Positions 1 through 11,984 of a stretch of DNA of 64,000 bases are shown here, in pieces. The DNA comes from Narcine bancroftii (Eukaryota). The notes under the pieces are model-generated. The model was given only the letters and a program-made list of their open reading frames with translations. It was not told where the DNA came from and searched no databases. The translations under genes were made by a program, and so were the position numbers. How positions within the stretch are numbered: position 1 is the stretch's first letter; every line of letters begins with the position of its first letter. The DNA is taken from positions 248,558,001-248,622,000 of the forward strand of contig NC_091471.1 in assembly GCF_036971445.1 (NCBI RefSeq). Reading direction: 5' to 3'.

Positions 1-789
1 TGGGGTTCAGCGCTGGTATTGCAGCGAGCTGTTATAGATGCAGCGCGCACCCCGAGCAGCGAAAGTGGGGCCGCCAAGCTCCTTCCCCAGGAACTACACT
101 CAGCATCAAGCTGCCATAGATTTGAACTGAACGTCATCTCGGTCTTCCCGACTCTGGAAAGTGAAACTACAGCCTACATTCACTATTTCTACTTTATGTA
201 GGCTGTGTATCGTATCATTTACTATAAGTTAGTGTTATTTTAGGTTTTATGTATTATTTGATATGATTTAGTTGGTTGTTTTGTGGGTCTGGGAATGCTC
301 AGAAAATTTTCCCATAGAAATCAACGGCAACTGCCTCTTCGCCTTACACCATTTTGGTTTACCATATAACCATTTACGGAGCGGAAACAGGCCATGTTGC
401 CCTTTCGAGTTTGCACCAGTTCACTGATTTTGTGCGCCCTCTTCAGGCATTGGTCCAGGTAGATCTTCATTCAATAACGATGGGCGAATTCAATGCAGGT
501 GGAATCAGTCGTAGAAATGTTTGTGATGTTGGAGGACTAACTGTCAGGGACAAGCCATGGCTGTCAGGTCTCTGGAATAAAGCCTGGCCTTGTGGTCAGA
601 ATGAGAAGGGAGGGTGGGAAGAGGAAGGCTGTGTTGAGAGGAGATGACAGTGAGTTCAATTTCCATCTCATTGTCGAAGAATTTTGCCTGATTATTTCCC
701 AGGAAAAAAAATTAGTATGGCAGGATGGCAAAAAGAGAAATTATAACCCTTCTTCCCAAGTACAGACTTTGAAGGATTAACTTTTCTTC

Positions 790-1790
790 TTTTCACCACA
801 TTCACACCGAGACCCCTGAAAATTATGAGCTTTCAGGTCGGCTACTCTCAAAGTCTCCACATCTTGACAACAAATTCATCTGATCAAAACTGAGCGCAGC
901 AATTGAACAATACAAGTTTCTTCCTAAGCACTCTATGTGCTCTATCCAATTCAAGTCCATTTGGAAATTTTTCAGGTTCCAAGGTCTCCGGAATCCATTA
1001 AAAAAAAAATTGCACTGCATTAGACCTTCAAACTTTCCGGCAATCCAATGATCATCACATTATTTCTTCGACTATGATTCTCTAGTGTCAATTTTTTGTA
1101 AAATTCTTTCCCCGCCCCCTCCCAACACTCCAACCCATAATGGAATCTTCCAACTTATTAACCACATCTTTACATTGATCCACTTCAAGATATTCTTGTA
1201 AATTTTCAACTTTTTGAACTTGTTTTAAACTTATCAACCACTTTAACATCTCTTCATCTCTAATTATCTTCATTTCTCTTAACAAATTCAAATTGAGTAT
1301 TCACATCCCGTTTAATAAATCCATTTTCTGACTCATTGCTTGCAACTATTTCATCAATTGCCTGCCCATACCTTGCCCTTTAAGTTCAGGTAATTTTACC
1401 TGCACAGCCTCTTCTTGAAATTGAGCCTGTTGGTATTATTCTTCTGTTTCCTCCTAGTCTTCTTTGATCTTCCTCCCCCTGCTCCATATTATTAGTAGAT
1501 GACAAAAAGTTTCCTGCTCAACCTCTGAATAGAAAGGAAATTCAACCTTAGTGAGAGCTGGCTTTTCAGTCTTCCAGTGTAGCTGCAATGTTTTCTTCAG
1601 GACACTGATGCCATCTTCTTCAGTTCCCCAGAGAGATGGACTCTCATAACCTGAGTTCTTGCTGGTGTTGCTCTCGTCACCCGTAGTTGCTGCCAGAATT
1701 TGTACAGTCGCTGTTTTTGTCAAATTTTCTGGTGTTTCAACTACAATATTGAGGTAAAGGTATAATTTTAATTTTGCCAGTTGTTTATCT
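790..1790 (-). mobile_element. Degenerate L1-clade ORF1 fragment
   Basis: Minus-strand remnants such as LELDRAHRVLRK and a coiled-coil-like DQCKDVVNKLEDSI. Multiple stops and frameshifts. Confidence 0.65.
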
Positions 1791-2715
1791 CATTACGATT
1801 ATGTAACATTCAATGATTTACAAGTAACATTAGTACAAAAAACATTCCTCAGGATTCTGTATGGTCTGGTATGGGAGGAGGTCCATGGTGGGGGGGGGGG
1901 GTGGGGGGGTGGGGGGTGGTGGTGGCACTGTGAGTTATCTCATTGAGCCAATCAGCCACAATGTGACCCATCATCACTCATTTCTTTTATTTGTCAATAT
2001 TTTTATTGAAATTTAAGTTCCACATTGAAAAATAGAGTCCATATTAAAAGTTTTTAGAAAATTAAGATCTGAGATCATACCAATTTATCCAAGGTCCCCT
2101 GCATTCTCAATTAAACAAATAATTCATTCATTCAGGTGGCTTGCCATTTGCTGTGGGGATCATGTCTCTCCATTTGTCACTATTTCTGACCCTCCAAATT
2201 GTGGTAGCTGCCTCCCCTGTTCTCTTTCAGTGAAGGCTCCATCTTTGAGCTGAGACCGTATTCGATGTTGAGTTCTTGATTATACAAGGGAAAAAATACT
2301 GCAGTACTTTCCCGTCACCTTCTTCAGTTGCAGTGTCCATACTGGACAGGTAAAACCCTGGACATTGATTTATCTGCCCAGCGTTTTTAATTTTACAACC
2401 ATAAATTCCAATTTGTAGATTCTGCTTGTAAAAACCACCCACCAACTGCAATCCATGGCTTCACGTGACCCTGACTGGGAGGATAAACAGGGACTACACC
2501 TTTCACAAGGGTGACCTGTAGGCTATCGGAGGGAATGAGTGCCTTACACCTCCTTTTACTGAGCAATTACACAATTATATCAAACAAATTATATTACATT
2601 AATATCTCATTGTCACACATTTTCAAAATGTTGTTTTCATCGGAGAAAGAAGCCACATCAAAATAGTAAGATTCATTTCCCACTCCCCTTTATGGAAAAA
2701 AAATACCCTAATGCT

Positions 2716-3066
2716 CCGCTTTCAGGTGGCCAGAATACCCCAACATAAAGCCACCTAAAATACCTGAATGTGGCTGTTGGGAGGCCACCTGAAAGTGGAG
2801 AACCCTGACCCGAGGAGTACATTCCCAACCCTCCTTGGGGTAGGTGTATTCTCCACTTCCGAGTGCTCCCTCAGGCACTTGACAGTGGGCGGGGCTACGG
2901 CCACAGTCGACAAGAGCCAGCATTTGCTCCGCGGCGCCTCTCCCCGCTGCGGACCTTTCGGGTGCCAGAATACTGCCTTCAGCGCTGCCACCTGAATGTC
3001 ACTGCGCCCACACCCACAACCGGCTCTAGAGCCGCATTCTCTCAACTATTCCACCCAAAAGTGGCT
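2716..3066 (+). mobile_element. Harbinger-like MITE, copy 1 (~350 bp)
   Basis: Ends ccgctttcaggtgg...ccacccaaaagtggct. Homologous to 38685-39025 and, inverted, to 41665-42014. Confidence 0.65.
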
Positions 3067-3232
3067 TCCAGCCATCATGCACAGGAACCCAAAATTTTAG
3101 AACAGCATCTCTTAACGACTAACTCGCAACAAACAAGCAAGATCCCAGCAGGACCAGTGGTAAAGACTTGCCTCAGGACAGGACAGACTGTCAACCGTAA
3201 AACCGACGTCACATTATTTGCCACAGTTTATC

Positions 3233-4627
3233 ATACATCACCATTAAACCTTCTCCACACTGTGAGCCCAGTATATCACCGTTAAACTTTCTCCCCACTG
3301 TGAGCCCAGTACATTAGTGTTATATCTTCTCCCCACTGTGAGCCCAGTACATCACCGTTAAACCTTCTCCCCACTGTGAGACCAGTACATCACCGTTATA
3401 CCTTCTCCACACTGTGAGCCCAGTACATCACCGTTATACCTTCTCCCCACTGTGAGCCCGGTACATCACTGTTAAACCTTCTACCCACTGTGAGCCCAGT
3501 ACATCACCGTAAAACCTTCTCCCCACTGTGAGCTAAGTACATCATCTTTATACCTTCTCCCCACTGTGAGCCCAATACATCACCGTTACACCTTCTCCCC
3601 ACTTTGAGCCCAGTACATCATCGTTATACCTTCTCTCCACTGTGAGCCCGGTACATCACCGTTATACCTTCTCTCCACTGTGAGCCCGGTACATCACCGT
3701 TATACCTTCTCCCCACTGTGAGCCTGATACATCACCGTTAAACCTTCTCCCCACTGTGAGCCCAGGACATCACCGTTAAACCTTCTCCCTACTATGAGCC
3801 CAGTACATCATCGTTATACCTTCTCTCCACTGTGAGCCCGGTACATCACCGTTATACCTTCTCCCCACTGTGTGCCCCGTACATCACCGTTAAACCTTGT
3901 CCCCACTGTGATCCCGGTACATCACCGTAAAACCTTCTCCCCACTGTGAGCTAAGTACATCACCTTTATACCTTCTCCCCACTGTGAGCCCAGTACATCA
4001 CCATTATACCTTCTCTCCACTGTGAGCCCGGTACATCACCGTTATACCTTCTCCCCACTGTGTGCCGATACATCACCACTAAACCTTCTCCCCACTGTGA
4101 TCCCGGTATATAACAGTTAAACCTTCTCCCCACTGCGAGCCCAGTACATCACCTTTACTCCTTCTCCCCACTGTGAGCCCAGTACATCACCACTAAACCT
4201 TCTCGCCACTGTGATCCCGGTACATCACCGTTAAACCTCCTCCCCACTGTGATCCTGGTACTTCACTGTTAAACCTTCTCCCCACTTTGAGCTCAGTACA
4301 GCACCGTTGAACCTTCTTCCCTCTGTGAGCCCAGTATGCCACCGTTATACCTTCTCCCCACTGTGAGCCCAGGACATCACCACTAAACCTTCTCCCCACT
4401 CTGAGCCTGGTACATCACCGTTATACCTTCTCCCCACTGTGAGCCCGGTGCATCTCCACTAAACCTTCTCCCTACTGTGAGCCCGGTACATCACCACTAA
4501 ACCTTCTCCCCACTGTGAGCCCGGTACATCAGCACTAAATCTTCTCCCCACTGTGAGCCCGGTTCATCACCGTTATACCTTCTCCCCACTGTGAACACGG
4601 TACATCAGCACTAAAGCTTCTCCCACG
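3233..4627. repeat. 38-bp minisatellite, about 36-37 diverged copies
   Basis: Unit TACATCACCGTTAAACCTTCTCCCCACTGTGAGCCCAG. The 38-nt period can be read directly. Confidence 0.95.
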
Positions 4628-5256
4628 GGAGTCACGTGATGGAGTAGTGGCCGGTCAGGGAATTCCAGCCCTCTCTGGAAAAGTTAAAAAAAACGCACAA
4701 AACACAAAGGTACAAGAATATAATTTAAAACAAAGTAAAAATAAAGGTGAGAAGAAAATGGCAGCGAAGAGAGAAAAGTCGAAAACAACGGAAAGAAGAG
4801 AAGAAGAAAGAACGTCAGAAGAAGAAGGTGAAGGCCTTACCTGTCCGAGGAGGCCCGCCGTGGAGAGAGAAGCCCGCTCCCCAAGGTCAGTGGAAGTCCC
4901 GGGCTCGGGACTACTAAAATGGCTCGCAGAGCTGAGTAAACGTTCGCAACACTGACGGGAGGGGGGAACAGCTGCGGAGTTGATCTCCACAGCTGAGAGA
5001 GACACCTGCAACACAGCAGCAGGTGCAGAACACAGACAATAACGACAACAAGAAAGAAGAGGGTAAAAAGAAAACAAGGAAACAACAGATGGTCAATCCA
5101 GAGGAAGAAAAAGAAGAAGAACAGAAAGAAATGGAAGAAGAAGAGAAAGGCAAGACAATGGATGTATCTTTTTTTAAAGAATATATGGAATCAGTGAAAG
5201 AATGGCAATTACAAGAATTTAATGAGATCAAAAGAAGAATTAAGAATGCAGAAGAA

Positions 5257-5688
5257 GATTTTTTGTATAACAGATATGTGGTTGATATATGATTTTAATA
5301 TTTGAATTTAGTTTTAAAGTGGATTTCATTTGTTAAATACATGAATTATGTTTGATTTAAATATATGTTTAAGGGTATTATTTTAGTATTGATATTTTTT
5401 TTTGTTAGTAATTTTTTTTGTTGTTAAGTTTTATCCTTTTTTTCGTAAGTGGGGTTTTTTCTATTTTATTTACAACATTGTTAATTAATTCTTCACTCTT
5501 TATTTTGGGGGAGGGTTGGATTAATTTTAAATTAGATGATTAATGTTGTGTTATAATTATTGGGGGGGGTTAATTTGTGTAGTTTAATGATGTAGTATTC
5601 TAATTTTTATTATCTTATTTTTTATTATTTCTTTAAATGTAATTTTTATTTTATTCATGTCATAAAATTTTAAATAAAGTTTAAAAAA
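5257..5688 (+). mobile_element. Short 5'-truncated T-rich retroposon (probably the 3' UTR of another LINE) inserted in L1 ORF1
   Basis: 15-bp TSD AAGAATGCAGAAGAA at 5242-5256 and 5689-5703. AATAAA at 5673 followed by an A-tail. TT/AAGA target site. Confidence 0.85.
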
Positions 5689-6411
5689 AAGAATGCAGAA
5701 GAAAAAATGAATAAAATAGAAATGGTCATATCAGATGTAGGAAAAATAGTGGATAATGTGGAAGAACGAGAAATAATCATAGAAATGGAAGTAGAGGACT
5801 TAAAAGAGAAATTAGAAGAATCTAATAAAAAATTTAAAGAGGCACATGAGTTGTTAGCTCAGAAGATAGATATAATGGAAAACTATAATAGAAGAAATAA
5901 TATAAAGATAGTGGGCCTTAAGGAAGATGAAGAAGGCAAGAATATGAGAGAATTTATAAAAGATTGGATCCCCAGGGTCCTAGGAAGACCAGAATTACAG
6001 GAAGAAATGGAAATAGAGAGAGCACATAGAACATTAGCCCCAAAACCACAACCACAGCAAAAACCAAGATCCATTTTAGTAAAATTTTTAAGATATACAA
6101 CAAGAGAAAATATATTGGAGAAAGCAATGAAGAAAATAAGAGAAGACAAAAAGCTGCTGGAATACAAAGGTCAAAAAAATTTTTTCTATCCAGACATAAG
6201 TTTTGAACTCCTGAAGAAGAGGAAGGAGTTCAATACAGCAAAAACGATCTTTTGGAAAAAAGGATATAAATTTATGTTAAAGTAGACAGCGGTACTTAAA
6301 ATAGTTATTCCAGGGCAACAAAACAGACTATTCTCGGATCCAGAGGAAGCACGAAGATTTGCAGAACAACTACAAAACAAGCAGAGAGATGAAGACATGT
6401 AATGAGATTAA

Positions 6412-6551
6412 NNNNNNNNNNNNNNNNNNNNNNNNNNNNNNNNNNNNNNNNNNNNNNNNNNNNNNNNNNNNNNNNNNNNNNNNNNNNNNNNNNNNNNNNN
6501 NNNNNNNNNNNNNNNNNNNNNNNNNNNNNNNNNNNNNNNNNNNNNNNNNNN
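6412..6551. other. N gap (140 nt)
   Basis: Run of N. Confidence 1.
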
Positions 6552-9500
6552 TAGAGGAAAATATATAGAGTATAGATAAGAATTAATAAGGGAATGAAAG
6601 AGAATAGAGGGAATAAGGAAGGAATTAAAAGAGTGACCTTTGTTATATATGAAAATTGAAATACTTTCCGGGGGGGGGGGGCTGGGTGGGGAGGAGTTAC
6701 GTTCACTGCAAAATCAGTTGACGTTTGCGAGTGAATTTGCAAATCCAAATGGAGAGGGGAGATGTGGTTGCCCGACAAGGGATAAAGGGCAACTCAGGAG
6801 GGGGAGGGGAGAATGGGGTTAAAGAAGTTTTAAATAGGAGAATAAGGGAAATGTTTGATGTTTTAGAAATGTTGTCTTATAAAGTGTTCAAAACAAGAAA
6901 GCAGAAATGGATAAGAAGGAAAGGTGATGATGGAGAAATGGAAAGGGAAGATAAACAAAGTATGAAATGGCTACGTTGAACTATATGACTTTAAGTATTA
7001 ACGGAATACATAACCAAATCAAAAGGAAGAAACTGCTAAATTTACTGAAAAAAGAAAAAATTGATATAGCATTTGTGCAAGAAACACATTTAACTGAATT
7101 GGAGCACAAGAAATTAAAGAGAGATTGGGTAGGACATGTAACAGCAGCGTCGTATAATTCAAAAGCAAGAGGAGTAGCTATATTAATCAGTAAAAATGTA
7201 CCAATTAAAATAGAAGAGGAAATAATAGATCCAGCAGGGAGATATGTAATGATAAAATGTCAGATATATTCGGAGTTTTGGAATTTACTCATTGTATATT
7301 CACCTAACGAAGAAGATCAAAAGTTTATGCAAGATATTTTTTTGAAGATAGCAGATACGCAAGGGAACATATTAATAAGAGGGGATTTCAACCTTAATTT
7401 GGATTCAAATATGGATAAAACTGGGAAAAAAATTAACAGAAAGAACAAAGTAACCAAATTTATAATTAAATTGATGCAAGAAATGCAACTTTTGGATATA
7501 TGGAGGAAACAACACCCAAAGGAAAAGGAATATTCATATTATTCGGGTAGACATAAAACATACTCAAGAATAGACCTATTTTTGTTATCAGCTCGAGTAA
7601 GAAAAACAGAATATAAAGCTAGAATATTATTGGACCATTCACCCTTGATATTGACAATAGAGTTAGAGGACATCCCTCCAAGAATGAATAGATGGAGATT
7701 AAATTCCATGCTACTTAAAAGGCTGGATTTTAGAGAATTAATTGAAAGACAAATTAAAATGTACTTTGAAATAAATACGGAATCAGTGAAAGATGTTTAT
7801 ACTATGGGGATGCAATGAAAGCATTCATTAGAGGGCAAATAATAAGTTATGTAACCAAGATGAAGAAGGACTACAATCAGGAAGCAGAGCAGTTGGAAAG
7901 GGAAATAGTAAATATAGAAAAAGAATTAGCAATGAAGGAAGATACAACTAAAAGAAGAGAATTGGCAGACAAAAAAAAATATGAAACACTACAAACATAT
8001 AAGGTGAGAAGAACATAATGAAGACAAAACAGAAATATTATGAACTAGGGGAAAAACGCACAAAATTCTAGCATGGCAGCTTAAGACAGAACAAACTAAG
8101 GGAATGGTATTGGCATCAAGGACAAACAAATCACATATAATCCAACAGAGATTAATAAAAACTTCAGAGAATTCTACGAACAATTATACCAAACTGAAAA
8201 CGAAGGGAAAGAAGGCAAAATAGATGAATTTTTAACTAAAATTGAACTACCAAAATTACAAATAGAGGAACAAAATAAATTAACAGAACCATTTGAAATA
8301 GTAGAAATACAAGAGATAATAAAAAAAACTACCAAATAATAAAACACCAGGAGAGGATGGATTCCCAATAGAATTCTATAAAACATTTAAAGATTTATTA
8401 ATTCCTCCCCTCCTGGAAGTAATCAGCCAGATTGACAAAACACAAAGCTTACCAGATTCATGTAAAATAGCAATAATTACAGTAATACCAAAGCACCAGC
8501 GTCATATAAACCAATATCATTACTTAACACAGATTATAAGATAATAGCTAAACTATTAGCAAACAGATTAGCAGATTATGTACCTAAAATAGTAAATCTA
8601 GACCAAACTGGATTTATTAAAAAAAGGCGCACAACAGACAATATTTGTAAATTTATTAACTTAATTCATGCAGTAGAAGGGAGTAAAGCACCAACAGTAG
8701 CAGTTGCTTTAGACGCAGAGAAGGCCTTTGACAGAGTAGAATGGAATTATTTATTCAAAGTATTGCAAAAATTGGATTAAAGCATTATATAAGGGGCCAT
8801 TGGCGAAAGTGACAGTAAATGGATATATATCAAAGCAATTTAACTTAAGCAGATCAACAAGGCAGGGATGCCCACTATCACCCTTATTGTTCGCGTTAGC
8901 TATAGAACCACTAGCAGAATTGATAAGAACAGAAAATAATATAAAAGGGATAAAAATAAAAGACAAGGAATATAAAATCAGTTTATTTGCGGATGATGTT
9001 ATAGTATACTTAACAGAACCAGAATTATCAATAAAAGAATTATATAAGAAATTGAAGGAATATGGAGAAGTGTCAGGTTACAAGATTAACGTAAATAAAA
9101 GTGAAGCAATGCCAATGAATAATGCGGATTTCTCAAAATTTAAGAAGGAATCACCATTCAGATGGCAAATGCAAGCAATAAGATACCTTGGTATACAAAT
9201 AAATAAAAATCTCGGCCATCTATATAAACTCAATTATTATCCACTAATGAAAAAATTACAGGGCGATTTAGAGCATTGGAAAGATTTACCATTAACACTA
9301 ATAGGAAGGATAAACTGTATTAAAATGAACATTTTCCCAAGGATATTATACCTATTTCAGGCATTGCCAATACACTTGACAGAGAAATTCTTCAAGGAGT
9401 TAAAGAAAATAATAAGGAAATTTTTATGGAAAGGGGGGAAACCGAGGATAGCACTAGATAAATTAACAGAATGGTATAAACAAGGAGGCTTACAACTGCC

Positions 9501-10099
9501 AAACTTTAAAAATTATTATAGAGCTGCACAATTAAGATACCTATCAGATTTTTACCAAACAAGGGAAAAGCCAGATTGGATTAGATTAGAACTAGATAAA
9601 ATAGGGGAAAAGATACCTGAGCATATATTATATAAATGGGATGAAAAATTGGTACAATTGCAACATTTGGGCAGGTACTCGGATGGAAATGGTTTGAAGG
9701 GATATTTGCCAGACACAGGCAAAACGGGACTAGATTGGATGGACAAGCTTGGGCTGAAAAACCACTTTCCTTGCTGTATAACTAGGACTCGAGTCACAGG
9801 TGTTTTTACGGTAAACCACCGAATGTATATCATTATCTGTCTGGGGACCCATTGGCCGACTATACCTGCGCCGCCCCCTCTCCCCACCCCCACCCCCACA
9901 GGCTCCTGAATAAAGGTGACTGTTCCACAGCCCCATCCCCAGTGTAGGACAGTTGAGCCGCATGGATGTGGCTTTTGTTCTAGAGCAAATAAAAGCCCAT
10001 CAGTTTGCTCAACTTTCGGTGCATCAGTCTTTTCAGTTTTTAACCTGAGAAAGCAGATGGTGCCTCAGTTTAATTTATGGCACCTTTGTCCCATGTGAT

Positions 10100-10520
10100 T
10101 GGCATTAACATCAACTTCCCCAGTTTCTATTAGGTTCCCCCCACCATTACTTTCTTTCCCTCTCCCCCTGTCTCCTTTCCTCCAGATCTCCTCCCTTCTC
10201 TCTCTCTCTCTTTTTCCCTCTCCCTCTGTCTCCTTTCCTCCAGCTCTACATTTGTAGAGCTACCTCCCTCCCCCGATCCATTCTTGACTTTACTCACCTA
10301 CCCTCCTATTCATGTCCACCTCTGACCTCTTGCCTGTTGGCCTGTGCTCCCCCCACCCCTACCATCACCCCTACCTTTTTTATTCAGGAGCCCACCTACT
10401 TTTTGCTCCCACCTTGACAAAGGGCTCAGGCCCGAAATGTCAGTTATATATCTTTACCTCCTTTGGACGCTGTGGGACCTGCTGAGTTTCTCCAGTACTT
10501 TTGGGTATTTACTACAATTT
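10100..10520 (+). mobile_element. Penelope-like 3' end fragment
   Basis: Pyrimidine-rich tract followed by ttgacaaagggctcaggcccgaaatg. Same type of tail as the GIY-YIG-bearing fragment at 28900-29360. Confidence 0.5.
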
Positions 10521-11230
10521 GACTTCTAATTTTAAGAAAATTCTTAATCCTTTCTTACTTTGCAGCTCTGAGCACATATCTTCTAATTTTCAAGGGTAAA
10601 CTACTTGGTGCTGCAACAGTTCCTGTTTTTGCTTTGGACTGAGGTTACCCCTGGGTTTGAAGGCCAATTGTGTGGCAGAGATCAGGGAGCTGCTCACAAC
10701 CTGAGGCAGCGTCATTCACAATGTGCAGCGTCCTAAATAGAATGTGCAGATTCAGAGCCTAAATCTCCGCCCCCCCCCCCCCCCCGCCCCCCACCACCGC
10801 CTCCCACAGCATTATTAACCAAGCAATCTGCATAAGCACAAAGAAACAAATTCTCTGAACTCTTGGTAGGTCCCGGCAGATTGCAGTCCAACAAATGTCT
10901 CGCTACTGTTTAAAAAAAAGAATGAAGGCAGATTATTATAGTAAGCCTAACCATATGTAGTTGGAAAATTCTCAAAACTGTCATTCAGGAAGAAAGATTG
11001 GATATGCTCCATCAAGCAGACGCAGCACGGATTCTGGAAGGACAGGCCACATTTGCGAATTTAGCAAGCTTAGTGGAGAGATCAGGATGTCTAAATGTTG
11101 TTGTTCGAGTTCGCGTGGGACCCACAGGTAAAGAACCAGACCAAGGTGCAGTACAAAGCACACATTTATTTCAGGAATGGAATTGAGACAACAGGGTTGA
11201 TATGCCAAGCAAACTTCTACACATACACAA

Positions 11231-11432
11231 TCTTTCTTTCTTTTCTTTGGCTTGGCTTCGCGGACGAAGATTTATGGAGGGGTAATGTCCACGTCAGCTG
11301 CAGGCTCGTTTGTGGCTGACAAGTCCGATGCGGGACAGGCAGACACAGTTGCAGCGGTTGCAAGGGAAAATTGGTTGGCTGGGGTTGGGTGTTGGGTTTT
11401 TCCTCCTTTGTCTTTTGTCAGTGAGGTGAGCC
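11231..11432 (-). mobile_element. RTE-clade LINE, short 3' fragment
   Basis: Encodes AHLTDKRQRRKNP..FPCNRCN..SRIGLVSHKRACS. (AAAG)n tail. Nearly identical to the other two RTE copies. Confidence 0.9.
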
Positions 11433-11970
11433 CATATATACAATACGCAGGGGGTAAATATACACTTTTGGATGACGAGGGGGAAACCGACAGAAACTGG
11501 GGAAGTTACAAGAGCATACAAATTTCACAATCAAATCAAGGTGATATTACATTCCCCCACCCCTTGACCGGTACAGACGCGGTTCTGCTACCTTGCCTCG
11601 AGACTCACCCCAACCCAGTACAGGAGGTGCTACTTATGTGCCACGAGGAGTCCAAAGAGGCAGAACAAAAGGGCACATGGTCCTTTATAGTTCTGGGGCA
11701 AAGCAGGGGGGAGCAATCATAAAGGTCAGTGTGGGCCCCATTGGTTGCTATGGCCAATGGCTCGAAGCCAAGTGCAGGGGCTCAGAAGGGGTTGAACTAA
11801 GGTGATTCACCTGGGCCAATTGGGTGAAGATCAGGGCTGAGTCTGGGCGGGCTACCTGGACTGCAGAACCTGGTGATTTAGGTGGGCCAATGGCAAGGGT
11901 CACCTTGATGGCTTGTGGTGAGTCTTTGACCTTGAATGGCAGGCAGTGTCCTCCGAACAGGAGCGCAGCA

Positions 11971-11984
11971 GCGCCACCTGGTGG
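11971..11984 (-). promoter_or_regulatory. CTCF core motif within a solo LTR
   Basis: CCACCAGGTGGCGC on the minus strand matches the CTCF core CCASYAGRKGGCRS. Confidence 0.5.

Larger units (their letters stand above)
4628..9657 (+). mobile_element. L1-clade LINE, subfamily A: 5'-intact, 3'-truncated, disrupted
   Basis: ORF1 (ENYNRRNNIKIVGLKE, EIERAHR), APE endonuclease (FVQETHL, GDFN, YSRIDLF) and RT (TRQGCPLSP, LFADD). Frameshifted. Homology stops at WDEKLVQ. Confidence 0.95.

Noticed and set aside
3233-4627. CRISPR-like periodicity of the 38-bp array (and of the 22-bp array)
   Set aside because: Head-to-tail units with no unique spacers, no cas genes and a eukaryotic context.
4655-5231. 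Hydrophobic antisense ORFs over the L1 elements
   Set aside because: Expected from the T/C-rich complement of purine-rich L1 coding sequence.
8800-9909. Novel proline-rich C-terminus on L1 ORF2
   Set aside because: Read-through past the L1 truncation point at about 9657 into unrelated repeat sequence; the upstream ORF2 is frameshifted.
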